This document shows positions 20,235-29,385 of a stretch of DNA of 64,000 nucleotides, one piece after another. Source of the stretch: Thermotogota bacterium (GTDB lineage Bacteria > Thermotogota > Thermotogae > Petrotogales > Petrotogaceae); assembly GCA_051748045.1 (NCBI GenBank), contig JBNJGY010000002.1, forward strand, positions 55,498 to 119,497. The letters run 5' to 3'. Each line of letters starts with the position of its first letter. The stretch's first letter is position 1. The notes below the pieces were generated by a model, which was not told where the DNA came from, searched no databases, and saw nothing but the letters and a program-made list of their open reading frames with translations. The translations under genes and the position numbers were made by a program.

Positions 20235-21584
20235 ATGAAAATAGATATGAAAATTGATGTTAAAAAACTAATAGATAATAATCAACTAAAAATTTTAAAA
20301 GATATTTTAAAAGATCAAGAACCTGCTTATATTGTAGAAATGATAGAAGAAATCGAAGCAGAAGATAAAGTTATTATTTTTAGACTTTTACAAAAGGACA
20401 CTGCTGCTCTTGTATTTTCCGAACTTGAAAAAGATGATCAAAAAATATTGTTATCTCTTTTTAAGGAGGAAAAGATAAAAGAAATTGTGACCAATCTAGA
20501 TCCAGATGATAGAACAGATTTATTTGAAGAACTTCCAGCCAACGTAGTAAAAAAGCTTTTAGCCTATTTATCTCCTGAAGAAAGAAGACAAGCTCAAATT
20601 CTTTTAAACTATCCAGAAGATTCAGCAGGTAGAATAATGACACCTGACCTTTTTGATCTAAGAGAAAAATCTACCTCAGGAGCTGCCTTGAAAAAAATTA
20701 AAGAGAAAGGAAAAAGAGCAGAAACAATTTATACTCTTTTTGTTATTGATGAAAACAGAAAACTAACTGGGGTTGTTGAATTAGATGAGATAATTTTTTC
20801 TGAAGAATCTAAATTAATACAAGAAATAATGAATGATGATCCTCTTTATGTCAGTGTTTATGATACAGGAGAAGAAGCAGCGATGATTATGAGAGATTAT
20901 GATTTATTAGCTCTACCAGTAGTGGACTCAGAAAAGAGATTAGTGGGAATTATAACAGTTGACGATATTATAGACATTATTGAAGAATCTGCAACAGAAG
21001 ATATACAAAAAATGGCTGCTGTAAATGCGACAGATACTTCATATCTTCACACTTCAATATGGAAATTAGTGAAAAGTAGGGTTGTGTGGTTGATTATGCT
21101 TCTTTTACTTGAAAGTATGGCTGTATTTATTATTGATAGCTTTTCAGCTGTGTTGCAAAAAATAACAATTCTAGCAGCATTTATACCTACTATAAATGCT
21201 ATGGGAGGTAACACTGGTAGCCAAATGTCTGCTGTAATAATTAGATCTATGGCTTTAGGAGAATTAGATAAAGATGATATAAAAAAAGTGTTAAAAAAAG
21301 AAATATTTGTTGGAACAATAATAGCCTTAATATTATCAGTAGTTATGGGTTTAAGAGCTTTTGTAAACACTCAAAATACTTCTATAATATTGGCATTATC
21401 CTCTTCTTTGATTGTTGTAGTTTTGGTATCAAACTTTCTTGGTTCTGTGTTACCTTTTTTTGCAAAAAAATTTAAAGTAGACCCAGCTTTAATTTCTGGT
21501 CCTCTTATCTCAACAATCATGGATGTTATTAGTATGGCAGTTTATTTTTCTGTTTCTATGTATTTTTTAAAAGACATGCTTTAA
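20235..21584 (+). CDS. mgtE: Magnesium transporter MgtE
   Basis: N-domain, CBS pair (SAGRIMT, LPVVD), GGNTGSQ, DPALISGPLISTIMD. Confidence 0.96.
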   Translation: MKIDMKIDVKKLIDNNQLKILKDILKDQEPAYIVEMIEEIEAEDKVIIFRLLQKDTAALVFSELEKDDQKILLSLFKEEKIKEIVTNLDPDDRTDLFEELPANVVKKLLAYLSPEERRQAQILLNYPEDSAGRIMTPDLFDLREKSTSGAALKKIKEKGKRAETIYTLFVIDENRKLTGVVELDEIIFSEESKLIQEIMNDDPLYVSVYDTGEEAAMIMRDYDLLALPVVDSEKRLVGIITVDDIIDIIEESATEDIQKMAAVNATDTSYLHTSIWKLVKSRVVWLIMLLLLESMAVFIIDSFSAVLQKITILAAFIPTINAMGGNTGSQMSAVIIRSMALGELDKDDIKKVLKKEIFVGTIIALILSVVMGLRAFVNTQNTSIILALSSSLIVVVLVSNFLGSVLPFFAKKFKVDPALISGPLISTIMDVISMAVYFSVSMYFLKDML

Positions 21585-21693
21585 AATATGATGAAGAAAG
21601 ATGTAAATCTTTCTTCATTTATTATTAATTAAAGATTTTTATATTAATATATTAATAACAGAAAATAATTAAAACCATGTTTAAATAGTTAAA

Positions 21694-21711
21694 AAGTGAA
21701 AATTTTCATTA
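21694..21711. promoter_or_regulatory. Rex-like operator
   Basis: AAGTGAA-AATT-TTCATTA versus Rex consensus TTGTGAAnnnnTTCACAA, upstream of the hydrogenase operon. Confidence 0.45.
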
Positions 21712-21810
21712 AATATTTACTTTTTTAAAAATAATACATTAAAATAAAAAAGTTAAAATTTATTAGTGAAAAAAATAACCAATAATAAATTAGTCTTGGA
21801 GTTGATTCTA

Positions 21811-22086
21811 TTGATAGAAATTTATGTCTGTATGGGAAGTGCATGCTATTTAAAAGGATCTAGAGATATTGTAGATATTTTGAATCGTATGATAAAAAAA
21901 TATGAATTGAAAACAAGAGTTAAACTTAAAGGATCTTTTTGTTTGGGACCATGTAATCAGGGAGTAGTAATAAAAGTAGGAGATAGATATTTTAAAAAAA
22001 TGAATACAGAAAATACTATGAAAATATTTAAAGAGAAGATTTATCCTTATATTTTAGAAATTGAAGAGAGTGGTTATCATGAATAA
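21811..22086 (+). CDS. Thioredoxin-like [2Fe-2S] ferredoxin (HfsA-like)
   Basis: CMGSAC...FCLGPC; TTG start after GGAG. Confidence 0.85.
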   Translation: MIEIYVCMGSACYLKGSRDIVDILNRMIKKYELKTRVKLKGSFCLGPCNQGVVIKVGDRYFKKMNTENTMKIFKEKIYPYILEIEESGYHE

Positions 22087-22582
22087 TTTATCAAAAAATG
22101 TTTGGGAATTAATAATGGATTACGATCCTAATGGAATAATGGCAGTTGATGAGGAATTTACTATAAAACTTGTAAATCCATCATTTGCAAAAATGTTTTA
22201 TCTTCAAGGAAAAGATATCATAGGTAGGTCAGTTTTTGAGTTTTTTAATGATTTTGATGATTATAGAGAAATAATGGAGGATGAAGAAAAAATATTAAAA
22301 AAAATTCATACTTATAAAAATTATGGCTTAACTGTTTCTGAAGTAACTTTTAGAATTAAAGATGAAAATTTAATTGTTAAAATATTTCACGACATAACAG
22401 ACCAAGTCGAAAAAGAAAAAGAACTGAAATATTTGAAATTGCATATAATTGAAGAAGTACAAAAAATCGTTGACAAACAGATGAAAACCGGTCAAGAAAT
22501 TGCGTCTATACTAGGAGAAACAACAGCAGAAACAAAGGCTACTTTAGTAAAACTACTTGATATTTTAAAAAAAGAAAACTAA
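22079..22582 (+). CDS. Stand-alone PAS protein with HydS/HfsB-type C-terminal tail
   Basis: DPNGIMAVD...VNPSFAKMF PAS core; KQMKTGQEIASILGETTAETKATL tail; no cysteines. Confidence 0.85.
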   Translation: MNNLSKNVWELIMDYDPNGIMAVDEEFTIKLVNPSFAKMFYLQGKDIIGRSVFEFFNDFDDYREIMEDEEKILKKIHTYKNYGLTVSEVTFRIKDENLIVKIFHDITDQVEKEKELKYLKLHIIEEVQKIVDKQMKTGQEIASILGETTAETKATLVKLLDILKKEN

Positions 22583-22596
22583 AAGGAAGGTTAAAG

Positions 22597-23760
22597 ATGA
22601 TATCTTCAGTTATATATAAAAAAAGTTTAAATAAATTTGGCGAAGAAGTTTGCGGAGATAATTTTCAATTAAGTAAAACTTCAAATTCAAAAATAGCCGT
22701 TTTATCTGATGGATTAGGTAGCGGAATAAAAGCTAGTATCTTATCAATTTTAACAACAGAAATTATTTCAACAATGTTTAAAAAAGGTGTAGAAGTAGAA
22801 GAAATTTATCATACAATTGCAAAAACTCTTCCTGTTTGTAAAATAAGAGGAATGGCGTATTCAACTTTTTCAATTGTACAAGTTTTTAAAGATGGAAAAA
22901 TTAAAATAGTTAATTACGATAATCCTGTACCAATTGTAATTAGAGATGGTGAATTATACTGGCCAAAATATCAAAAAAAAGTTATTAATGGCAAGGCTGT
23001 TAATATTTCTAATTTTTATCTTGAACCAGATGATTTTGTTTTTGTTTTTTCTGATGGAATAGTTCATGCGGGTTTAGGTAATATGATGGATTTTGGTTGG
23101 GGAATAGAAAATATTTCTGCTTATATAAAAAGACTTTATAGAAGGACAAGAGATATAAAATATATGGTAGATAATCTAGTAGAGTTGACAAAAAGTTATT
23201 ATGGCTCACAGCCTGGTGATGATTCTAGTGTTGTAGGGTTTAAAATAACAGAAAAACCAACTGCAATTATTTTTACAGGGCCTCCTTTGGATCCAAAACA
23301 AGATAAGTTTTATGTTCAAAAATTTATTGAGAATGAAGGTAAGAAAATTGTTTGTGGAGGTACTACTAGTAACATAGTATCAAGAATAATAGATGAAGAA
23401 ATTGAAATAAATTTCAATATAAATTCAAAAAGTGAAATTCCTCCTTATGGGAGTATGAAAGGTGTAGACCTAGTTACAGAGGGAGTATTAACACTAAAAG
23501 GATTAAATAATTTGCTTGGTAAATGTAAAAATAATATGTTTGAGATAGATATAGAAGATAAAAACCTAGATGCTTCAGAAAAAATGTTTATAACACTAAG
23601 AGATTGTGATGAAATAACATTATTGGTAGGCAGAAAAGTAAATGTTTTTTATCATAACCCAGCATTACCTTTTGATATGTCTATTAGATCAAATCTTATA
23701 AGGGACATCAAATCAAATTTAAAAAGAGTGGGAAAAGAAGTTAAAGTAGAGTATTGTTGA
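22597..23760 (+). CDS. SpoIIE/PP2C-family Ser/Thr phosphatase (HfsC-like)
   Basis: EEVCGD, LSDGLGSG, SDGIVHAG, PGDD, VCGGTT, VTEG. Confidence 0.9.
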   Translation: MISSVIYKKSLNKFGEEVCGDNFQLSKTSNSKIAVLSDGLGSGIKASILSILTTEIISTMFKKGVEVEEIYHTIAKTLPVCKIRGMAYSTFSIVQVFKDGKIKIVNYDNPVPIVIRDGELYWPKYQKKVINGKAVNISNFYLEPDDFVFVFSDGIVHAGLGNMMDFGWGIENISAYIKRLYRRTRDIKYMVDNLVELTKSYYGSQPGDDSSVVGFKITEKPTAIIFTGPPLDPKQDKFYVQKFIENEGKKIVCGGTTSNIVSRIIDEEIEINFNINSKSEIPPYGSMKGVDLVTEGVLTLKGLNNLLGKCKNNMFEIDIEDKNLDASEKMFITLRDCDEITLLVGRKVNVFYHNPALPFDMSIRSNLIRDIKSNLKRVGKEVKVEYC

Positions 23761-23773
23761 GGAGAGTGAAAAA

Positions 23774-24016
23774 ATGAAAATAGAAATATGTGTAGGTACA
23801 ACCTGCCATTTAATGGGTTCATCTAGTATAATAGAGGCTTTGGAAGATATAGAAGAAAAAATAAAAGATAAAATTGAAATAAAATATACTACTTGTTTTG
23901 AACTATGTCATGGTCAAATGAAGCCACCAATTATAAAAATAGATAACAAATTCTATGAAGATATAAATCCTGAAAAGATAAAAATGATAGTTAGAAATAA
24001 AATAGGGAATGATTGA
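23774..24016 (+). CDS. Thioredoxin-like [2Fe-2S] ferredoxin
   Basis: CVGTTC...CFELC; GGAG RBS. Confidence 0.85.
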   Translation: MKIEICVGTTCHLMGSSSIIEALEDIEEKIKDKIEIKYTTCFELCHGQMKPPIIKIDNKFYEDINPEKIKMIVRNKIGND

Positions 24017-25443
24017 AAATGAGAAATTTTGTTTTCAATGAAATAATGAAATTAAAAAGGCAAACTTTGATAGAAATGTCTAGGTTATTAGAAAAAAATG
24101 AATTAAAAAAAAGTTTATTTTTATTACCAAAAAAAATGTTACCTGGGCCTGAAGGCACTTATAGAGATTCTGTATATCATGAAAGAGAAGTGTTAAAACA
24201 GAGGATAAAATTATTTTTAGGACTTGATTATGAGAAATCAAAAAATCTGGAACTATTTCAAATTTCGGAACATCTGGATGAAATTTTAGAAGGGAAATCA
24301 GAATTATTAGATAAAGAGAAAAAAATACACATAATAAAAGAAGGATGTGATTCTTGTCCTTCAGGTAGGTATTATATAACAGATCTTTGTAGAAACTGTG
24401 TAGCTCATTCTTGTATGAATTCTTGTCCTAAAGATGCGATCTCTTTTAATAATGGAAGAGCTTCAATAAATGCTGAAAAATGTATAGGCTGTGGATTATG
24501 TGAACAATCTTGTAATTACTTTGCCATAATGAAATTAGAGAGACCTTGTGAAGTATCTTGTTCAGTAGATGCAATAGAAAAAGATGAAACAAATGCTGCA
24601 GAAATAAATTATGAAAAATGTGTCGCTTGTGGTTCTTGTTATATCTCATGTCCATTTGGCGCAGTTGAAACAACGTCTTCTCTTATCAAAGTGTTATATA
24701 ATTTGAAAAAAACTAAAAAGAAAAATATTGCTTTAATAGCTCCTTCTATTGTTTCGCAGTTTGGACCAAAAGTAACAATTGGAAAGATAAAAAAAGCTTT
24801 AAAAAAAATAGGTTTTGATGAATCAATTGAAGTAGCGATAGGAGCAGATATGATTGCAAAAGAAGAAGCTGAATATTTAAAAAATGCTAATAATTTAATC
24901 ACAACATCATGTTGCCCAGCTTTTGTTGAATATATTAAAAAATATAAACCTGATTTTATTGACAAAATATCCCCTTCCTTATCTCCAATGACACATTTAG
25001 CAAAATATTTAAGAAAAGAGTATAAAGATTTAGAGTTGACATTTATTGGTCCTTGCATTGCAAAAGAAAAAGAAAATTATATATATGGTGAAGTTGATAA
25101 TATTTTAACCTTTGAAGAAGTTGGCATTCTTTTTATTACAAAAAATATTGAGCCATCTAATTGTGAAGAAGAAGAATTGAAAGGAAGCTATGAAGGTTGG
25201 AATTTTGCCGCAAGTGGCGGTGTAACTAAAGCGTTAAAAGAATATATAGATGATAATATTAAAGATATTCAAATGAATGGCTTAAAAGAAGCTGATAAGA
25301 TTTTTAAAGAATTAGAAAAAGAGGATTATGATTTGTTGGAAGGAATGGCATGTGAAGGTGGATGTATTTGTGGACCAGGGATAATAAACAACCCTAGAGT
25401 TGCAAAAAGGAAATTATCTAATTTAAATATAAAAATAAAATAA
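24013..25443 (+). CDS. Monomeric [FeFe]-hydrogenase with N-terminal 4Fe-4S ferredoxin domains (HfsD/group B-like)
   Basis: H-cluster motifs TSCCPAF, GPCIAKEKE, EGMACEGGC; several CxxCxxCxxxC clusters. Confidence 0.9.
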   Translation: MKMRNFVFNEIMKLKRQTLIEMSRLLEKNELKKSLFLLPKKMLPGPEGTYRDSVYHEREVLKQRIKLFLGLDYEKSKNLELFQISEHLDEILEGKSELLDKEKKIHIIKEGCDSCPSGRYYITDLCRNCVAHSCMNSCPKDAISFNNGRASINAEKCIGCGLCEQSCNYFAIMKLERPCEVSCSVDAIEKDETNAAEINYEKCVACGSCYISCPFGAVETTSSLIKVLYNLKKTKKKNIALIAPSIVSQFGPKVTIGKIKKALKKIGFDESIEVAIGADMIAKEEAEYLKNANNLITTSCCPAFVEYIKKYKPDFIDKISPSLSPMTHLAKYLRKEYKDLELTFIGPCIAKEKENYIYGEVDNILTFEEVGILFITKNIEPSNCEEEELKGSYEGWNFAASGGVTKALKEYIDDNIKDIQMNGLKEADKIFKELEKEDYDLLEGMACEGGCICGPGIINNPRVAKRKLSNLNIKIK

Positions 25444-25464
25444 GATAAGATAAGATAAGATAAG
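25441..25464. repeat. (TAAGA)n microsatellite
   Basis: TAAGA four times plus TAAG, starting at the hydrogenase stop codon. Confidence 0.85.
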
Positions 25465-25470
25465 TCCTTT

Positions 25471-25573
25471 TAATATGATACCTCCAAAGTAGAAATGTAG
25501 TTAAAAAAAATTACAAAACTGCTTTGGAGGTATAATTATTAATTCTTATGTCTATTTGATATGAAGCTGTTCA
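25471..25573. mobile_element. Possible IS3-family internally deleted remnant (MITE-like)
   Basis: Left end TAATATGATACCTCCAAAGTAGA pairs with CTGCTTTGGAGGTAT; right end TGTCTATTTGATATGAAGCTGTTCA ends in CA; no ORF. Confidence 0.35.
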
Positions 25574-25581
25574 ATAAGCTC

Positions 25582-26046
25582 TTATTTTATGTATATTTCC
25601 ATTTTTTCATTAGTAGATAAAATAACATTTCCTTTTTCCTTCATTACAAATAAATCACCTGGAGTTAGTTCAGTTGATTCACCATTAGCTGTGACATTAA
25701 TTCCTCCAGCTTGTACGTATATTTTTTCAACTTCCTTTTCAATAGTTCCTTCAGTTTTTACTAAATTCCATTCTTTAACTTTAAGTTCTCTTAAATGGTC
25801 TTCTTCTGGAAATTTTATTAAAAAGAAGTTATCAAATTCGATTTCTTTTGTTTGATCTTTAAAAAATAAATCATTAGGATTTTCTAAAGCTTTATTCAAA
25901 CCGCCTAAGGTATCTCCTAAAAGTTCATAATAATTTGAAATAGTTTTTTCATCATATTTACTACTTAAAAAATTATCTAAATCATCAAAATCAGCATCGG
26001 GATGCTGTTCTAAAAAATTCTCTACATCTTTTATAACTTTTTCCAC
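25582..26046 (-). CDS. Hypothetical protein with cupin-like C-terminus
   Basis: EKIYVQAGGINV...ELTPGDLFV resembles cupin strands; GGAGGT RBS, GTG start. Confidence 0.6.
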   Translation of the reverse strand: MEKVIKDVENFLEQHPDADFDDLDNFLSSKYDEKTISNYYELLGDTLGGLNKALENPNDLFFKDQTKEIEFDNFFLIKFPEEDHLRELKVKEWNLVKTEGTIEKEVEKIYVQAGGINVTANGESTELTPGDLFVMKEKGNVILSTNEKMEIYIK

Positions 26047-26064
26047 AAAAATACCTCCTAAAGG

Positions 26065-26367
26065 TTAAAGCTGCATTCTCATAATTTCTTTATAAGAATC
26101 TATGATTTTTCCTGTAACTTCTGATGTTAACTGTAATGATAAAGAGGCTTTTTCTGCAGCTATTATTACTTGATGAACATCATTAATCTTTCCAGTTGAA
26201 TAATCAACAGCAGCTTTATCTGCACTCTTTTGAAGGTTATTAACATCATTAATTGCATCTTTTAACATGTTTGAAAAATCAACATTTGCATTTTCTTGAG
26301 TCTTAGAAGTGGGGATACTTTTATTAACTCCTGATACATTTTGAATTCCGTTGATTTTATCTATCAA
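26065..26367 (-). CDS. fliE: Flagellar hook-basal body protein FliE
   Basis: FSNMLKDAI, VHQVIIAAEKA, YKEIMRMQL. Confidence 0.95.
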   Translation of the reverse strand: MIDKINGIQNVSGVNKSIPTSKTQENANVDFSNMLKDAINDVNNLQKSADKAAVDYSTGKINDVHQVIIAAEKASLSLQLTSEVTGKIIDSYKEIMRMQL

Positions 26368-26382
26368 TATGGTTCACCTCCA

Positions 26383-26805
26383 TTATTTCCCTATACTTAA
26401 TGCTGAATTATACATAGATTTTGCTGAGTTTATTACTGCAGCATTAGAATCATAAGCTCTTTGAGCTGACATCATATCTACCATTTCATTTAGTGCATTC
26501 ACATTAGGCATTCTAACATATCCTTCTTCATTAGCATCTGGGTGTTCAGGATTATATACTAATTTGAAAGGAGAAGAATCTTCTTGGATTGAATTGACTT
26601 TTACCCCACCAAATTCAGATTTTGTTTTTCCAAGTTCTCCATTTAATACCTCTTGAAAAGTAACGATTTTTCTTCTATATGGATCTCCATTTTCAGTTCT
26701 TGTTGTATCAGTATTAGCTAAATTTTGTGATATGACATTTAATCTAAATCTTTCTGCTGACATTCCTGAAGAGGATATATTGATACTTTTAAATAAGCCT
26801 TCCAT
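26383..26805 (-). CDS. flgC: Flagellar basal-body rod protein FlgC
   Basis: SQNLAN, PYRRK, YNPEHPDANEEGYVRMPNVN. Confidence 0.96.
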   Translation of the reverse strand: MEGLFKSINISSSGMSAERFRLNVISQNLANTDTTRTENGDPYRRKIVTFQEVLNGELGKTKSEFGGVKVNSIQEDSSPFKLVYNPEHPDANEEGYVRMPNVNALNEMVDMMSAQRAYDSNAAVINSAKSMYNSALSIGK

Positions 26806-27203
26806 TATCTAACACTCCTTATAGCTGTACTATATCTGTTTATAGCATAAGTCATCATTCTAGACAAACCATTATACTTCAATGTGTTTTGTACCATATC
26901 TGAAACCTCTGCATCGATATCAACATTATTACCATCATTTCTTAATGAAGTATTGTCTTGTGTTTTTACTTCACCTTGAACTTTTTTATAACTTAATGTA
27001 TTATTTAAATGACGATCTTTAGTTGTTTTTAATTTCAATTCATTATTGTCACCTAATGCTTTTGCTAGTTCTTCTTCAAAAGCTACTGTTTTTCTTTTAT
27101 AATTAGGGGTATTATAATTTGCGATGTTTTGGGAAATTGTTTGCTGCTTTTTTAAAGAAGCATCCATGGCTTTTGGCAAAACATCAAAATTTATATCAAA
27201 CAT
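26805..27203 (-). CDS. flgB: Flagellar basal-body rod protein FlgB
   Basis: SQNIANYNTPNYK, RNDGNNVDIDAE. Confidence 0.96.
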   Translation of the reverse strand: MFDINFDVLPKAMDASLKKQQTISQNIANYNTPNYKRKTVAFEEELAKALGDNNELKLKTTKDRHLNNTLSYKKVQGEVKTQDNTSLRNDGNNVDIDAEVSDMVQNTLKYNGLSRMMTYAINRYSTAIRSVR

Positions 27204-27268
27204 ATTTTATCCCTCCTGTTATTATTATTCTTTAAAAAATTTAAAAAATCCTTAAATGGGGGAACATT

Positions 27269-28300
27269 ATGAAAAAAATATTTTTAATTGGTTATTATGG
27301 TTTTAAAAATTATGGAGACGATTTATTATTCAAAACCTTAATTAAAGTTTTTGAAGAAATAGATTTCAAAGGTAAAATAGTTATTCCAGCAGAAGAGTTG
27401 CCAGATTATAATTCAAACAACAATTTTTTCATAGAAAAAATCAATAGGTATGATATATTGAACATCAATCATCATATTAAAAGTTCAGATCTAGTTATTT
27501 ATGGTGGGGGTAATTTATTCCAAACAGAAACATCTTTAAAAAGTTTTTTTTATTATTTTCATATTGCTAAACAAGCAATAAAAAACAATAAAAAATTGCT
27601 TTTTTTATCACAAGGATTTGGACCAGTAAAAAATAAAATAGCAAAACCAAGATTAAAAAAAGTTGTAAATTATGAAAATTTAATTGGAGTATATAGAGAT
27701 GATACATCTTATAAATATGCTAAAAATTTTAATAAAAACTCATATTTAGGCGTTGACATAGGTCCTTACTATTTTAATGATACCCCTATTAAGAAAAAAA
27801 ATAAAATATCTTTATGTTTGAAAAATGAATACTACGACATAAAGAATTTAATAAATTTTTTATCAATATTTAATGATTACGAAGTTTCCACTCTTGTGAT
27901 TAACTCAAATCAAGATGCAATTATGAACTATTATATGGTAGAAGAGATAAGAGAGAAAACAGATTTAAATGCTGTTTTCCCTTTTAAAGATTTCGAAAAA
28001 ATTATAGAAGAAATTAAAAGTTCAAAGATTGTTATATCAGATAGATTGCATTCATCTATTACAGCTGCTTATTTTGAAAGTGAGTTTTTTACTTATAATA
28101 GTTCTAAAAATAAAAGGGTTTTAAAAACTATTGACAAAAGTTATGATTTTTTTTATAGGGATCTTATGGATATACCATTCCTTTTTTCAGATAAAGAAGC
28201 TAAAAATTATAATTTTAATGAGTATGGGAAAATATATAAAAATAAGTTAGAAGAATCAATAATTATGACAAAAGAAATTATTCAAAACGCCTTACTATAA
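27269..28300 (+). CDS. Polysaccharide pyruvyl transferase (CsaB-like)
   Basis: GYYGFKNYGDD, GGGNLFQ..TS, QGFGP, RD, RLHS. Confidence 0.85.
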   Translation: MKKIFLIGYYGFKNYGDDLLFKTLIKVFEEIDFKGKIVIPAEELPDYNSNNNFFIEKINRYDILNINHHIKSSDLVIYGGGNLFQTETSLKSFFYYFHIAKQAIKNNKKLLFLSQGFGPVKNKIAKPRLKKVVNYENLIGVYRDDTSYKYAKNFNKNSYLGVDIGPYYFNDTPIKKKNKISLCLKNEYYDIKNLINFLSIFNDYEVSTLVINSNQDAIMNYYMVEEIREKTDLNAVFPFKDFEKIIEEIKSSKIVISDRLHSSITAAYFESEFFTYNSSKNKRVLKTIDKSYDFFYRDLMDIPFLFSDKEAKNYNFNEYGKIYKNKLEESIIMTKEIIQNALL

Positions 28301-29306
28301 GCAATTTTCTATCTTCAGTACTCAAAATTAAAACTACATTATTATCTGGTGCTTCAATATCTATTGGATATTTTCCCACTGACAATTCTTGGTATATTTT
28401 TTTGTCTTTTATTACATACAGTTTGTTTTCGATGTGTGAAATAGCATAGATATATTCTTTGTTAGGAGAAATAGCAAAATCTCTAATGGGAACATCTAAT
28501 AAGATTTCTTTTCTATTTTTTTCTATGTCATAAAGATATAACCCTGAATTTAAAGAATTGATCAAAAGTTTTTCTTTATAAACTTCCATATTAGTAGTAT
28601 AGTTATTAATGTGGATCAGGAATTCTTGCGTAGATAATAAATTTTTATAAATATTTCCTTCATAATAATTCAAAATATATTCAATTCCATCTTTCATTAC
28701 AATATCGATTGGATGCTTAATGTTTTTGTAATTTAATATGTAAGTATTGTTTGCTGGTTTTAAAAATAGGATATTGGAATTGAATTTTGAATTCTCGTAA
28801 TTTTCAATTAATGGTATATATAATTTTTTTTCATCTTTAATGATTAGAGGACTAACAACAGAGTGATTTATAGAATTTAATATGTTTAAATTACTATCTA
28901 ATATGTAAACTCTATTAGGGTTTGTTGAGGTTATATATATATTGCCTTCAAATAATTCAATATTTGTTGGCTTTGATTCTAATCTAATAGAGTCAATAAC
29001 TTTATCTTTTCTTAATTTATATACAGTTTTTGTGTAATTGTCAATAATGAAAAAGAAATGACCATCATAAATACCACCTAAAGGAATAACAGCATCCTTA
29101 AAAACAAATTTTTCTTCTGAATAAAAATCTATAATGTCAACTTGTCCATCGTAATCAGGTATTATCACATAATTCTGATTATAAGAAATATAATTAGTTC
29201 TGGTACCTACATCCTGCCTTCCAGTAATAATAAAAGTATCCTTTGGAAAAATAAGAGTCGTCATTAGTGCTAATATTATTGTAATTATAATTTTTTTAAG
29301 ATTTAT
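28278..29306 (-). CDS. Secreted YncE-like beta-propeller protein (probable ATA start)
   Basis: Beta-rich repeats (VGKYPIDIE, FAISPN); frame extends upstream of the ATG at 29264 to a complete signal peptide and an AAGGAGGT RBS. Confidence 0.7.
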   Translation of the reverse strand: MNLKKIIITIILALMTTLIFPKDTFIITGRQDVGTRTNYISYNQNYVIIPDYDGQVDIIDFYSEEKFVFKDAVIPLGGIYDGHFFFIIDNYTKTVYKLRKDKVIDSIRLESKPTNIELFEGNIYITSTNPNRVYILDSNLNILNSINHSVVSPLIIKDEKKLYIPLIENYENSKFNSNILFLKPANNTYILNYKNIKHPIDIVMKDGIEYILNYYEGNIYKNLLSTQEFLIHINNYTTNMEVYKEKLLINSLNSGLYLYDIEKNRKEILLDVPIRDFAISPNKEYIYAISHIENKLYVIKDKKIYQELSVGKYPIDIEAPDNNVVLILSTEDRKLLIVRRFE

Positions 29307-29385
29307 AATAATACCTCCTTTTTAGAATTTCATCATTATTTTATCACATGACCATTAAAAAATAAATAATCAGCTAAAATAAGTT

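Noticed and set aside
25441-25573. CRISPR-like array
   Set aside because: Only a 5-bp tandem repeat and one hairpin; no repeat-spacer periodicity and no cas genes
27204-27268. Sigma28 promoter for flgB
   Set aside because: No GCCGATA-like -10 element visible
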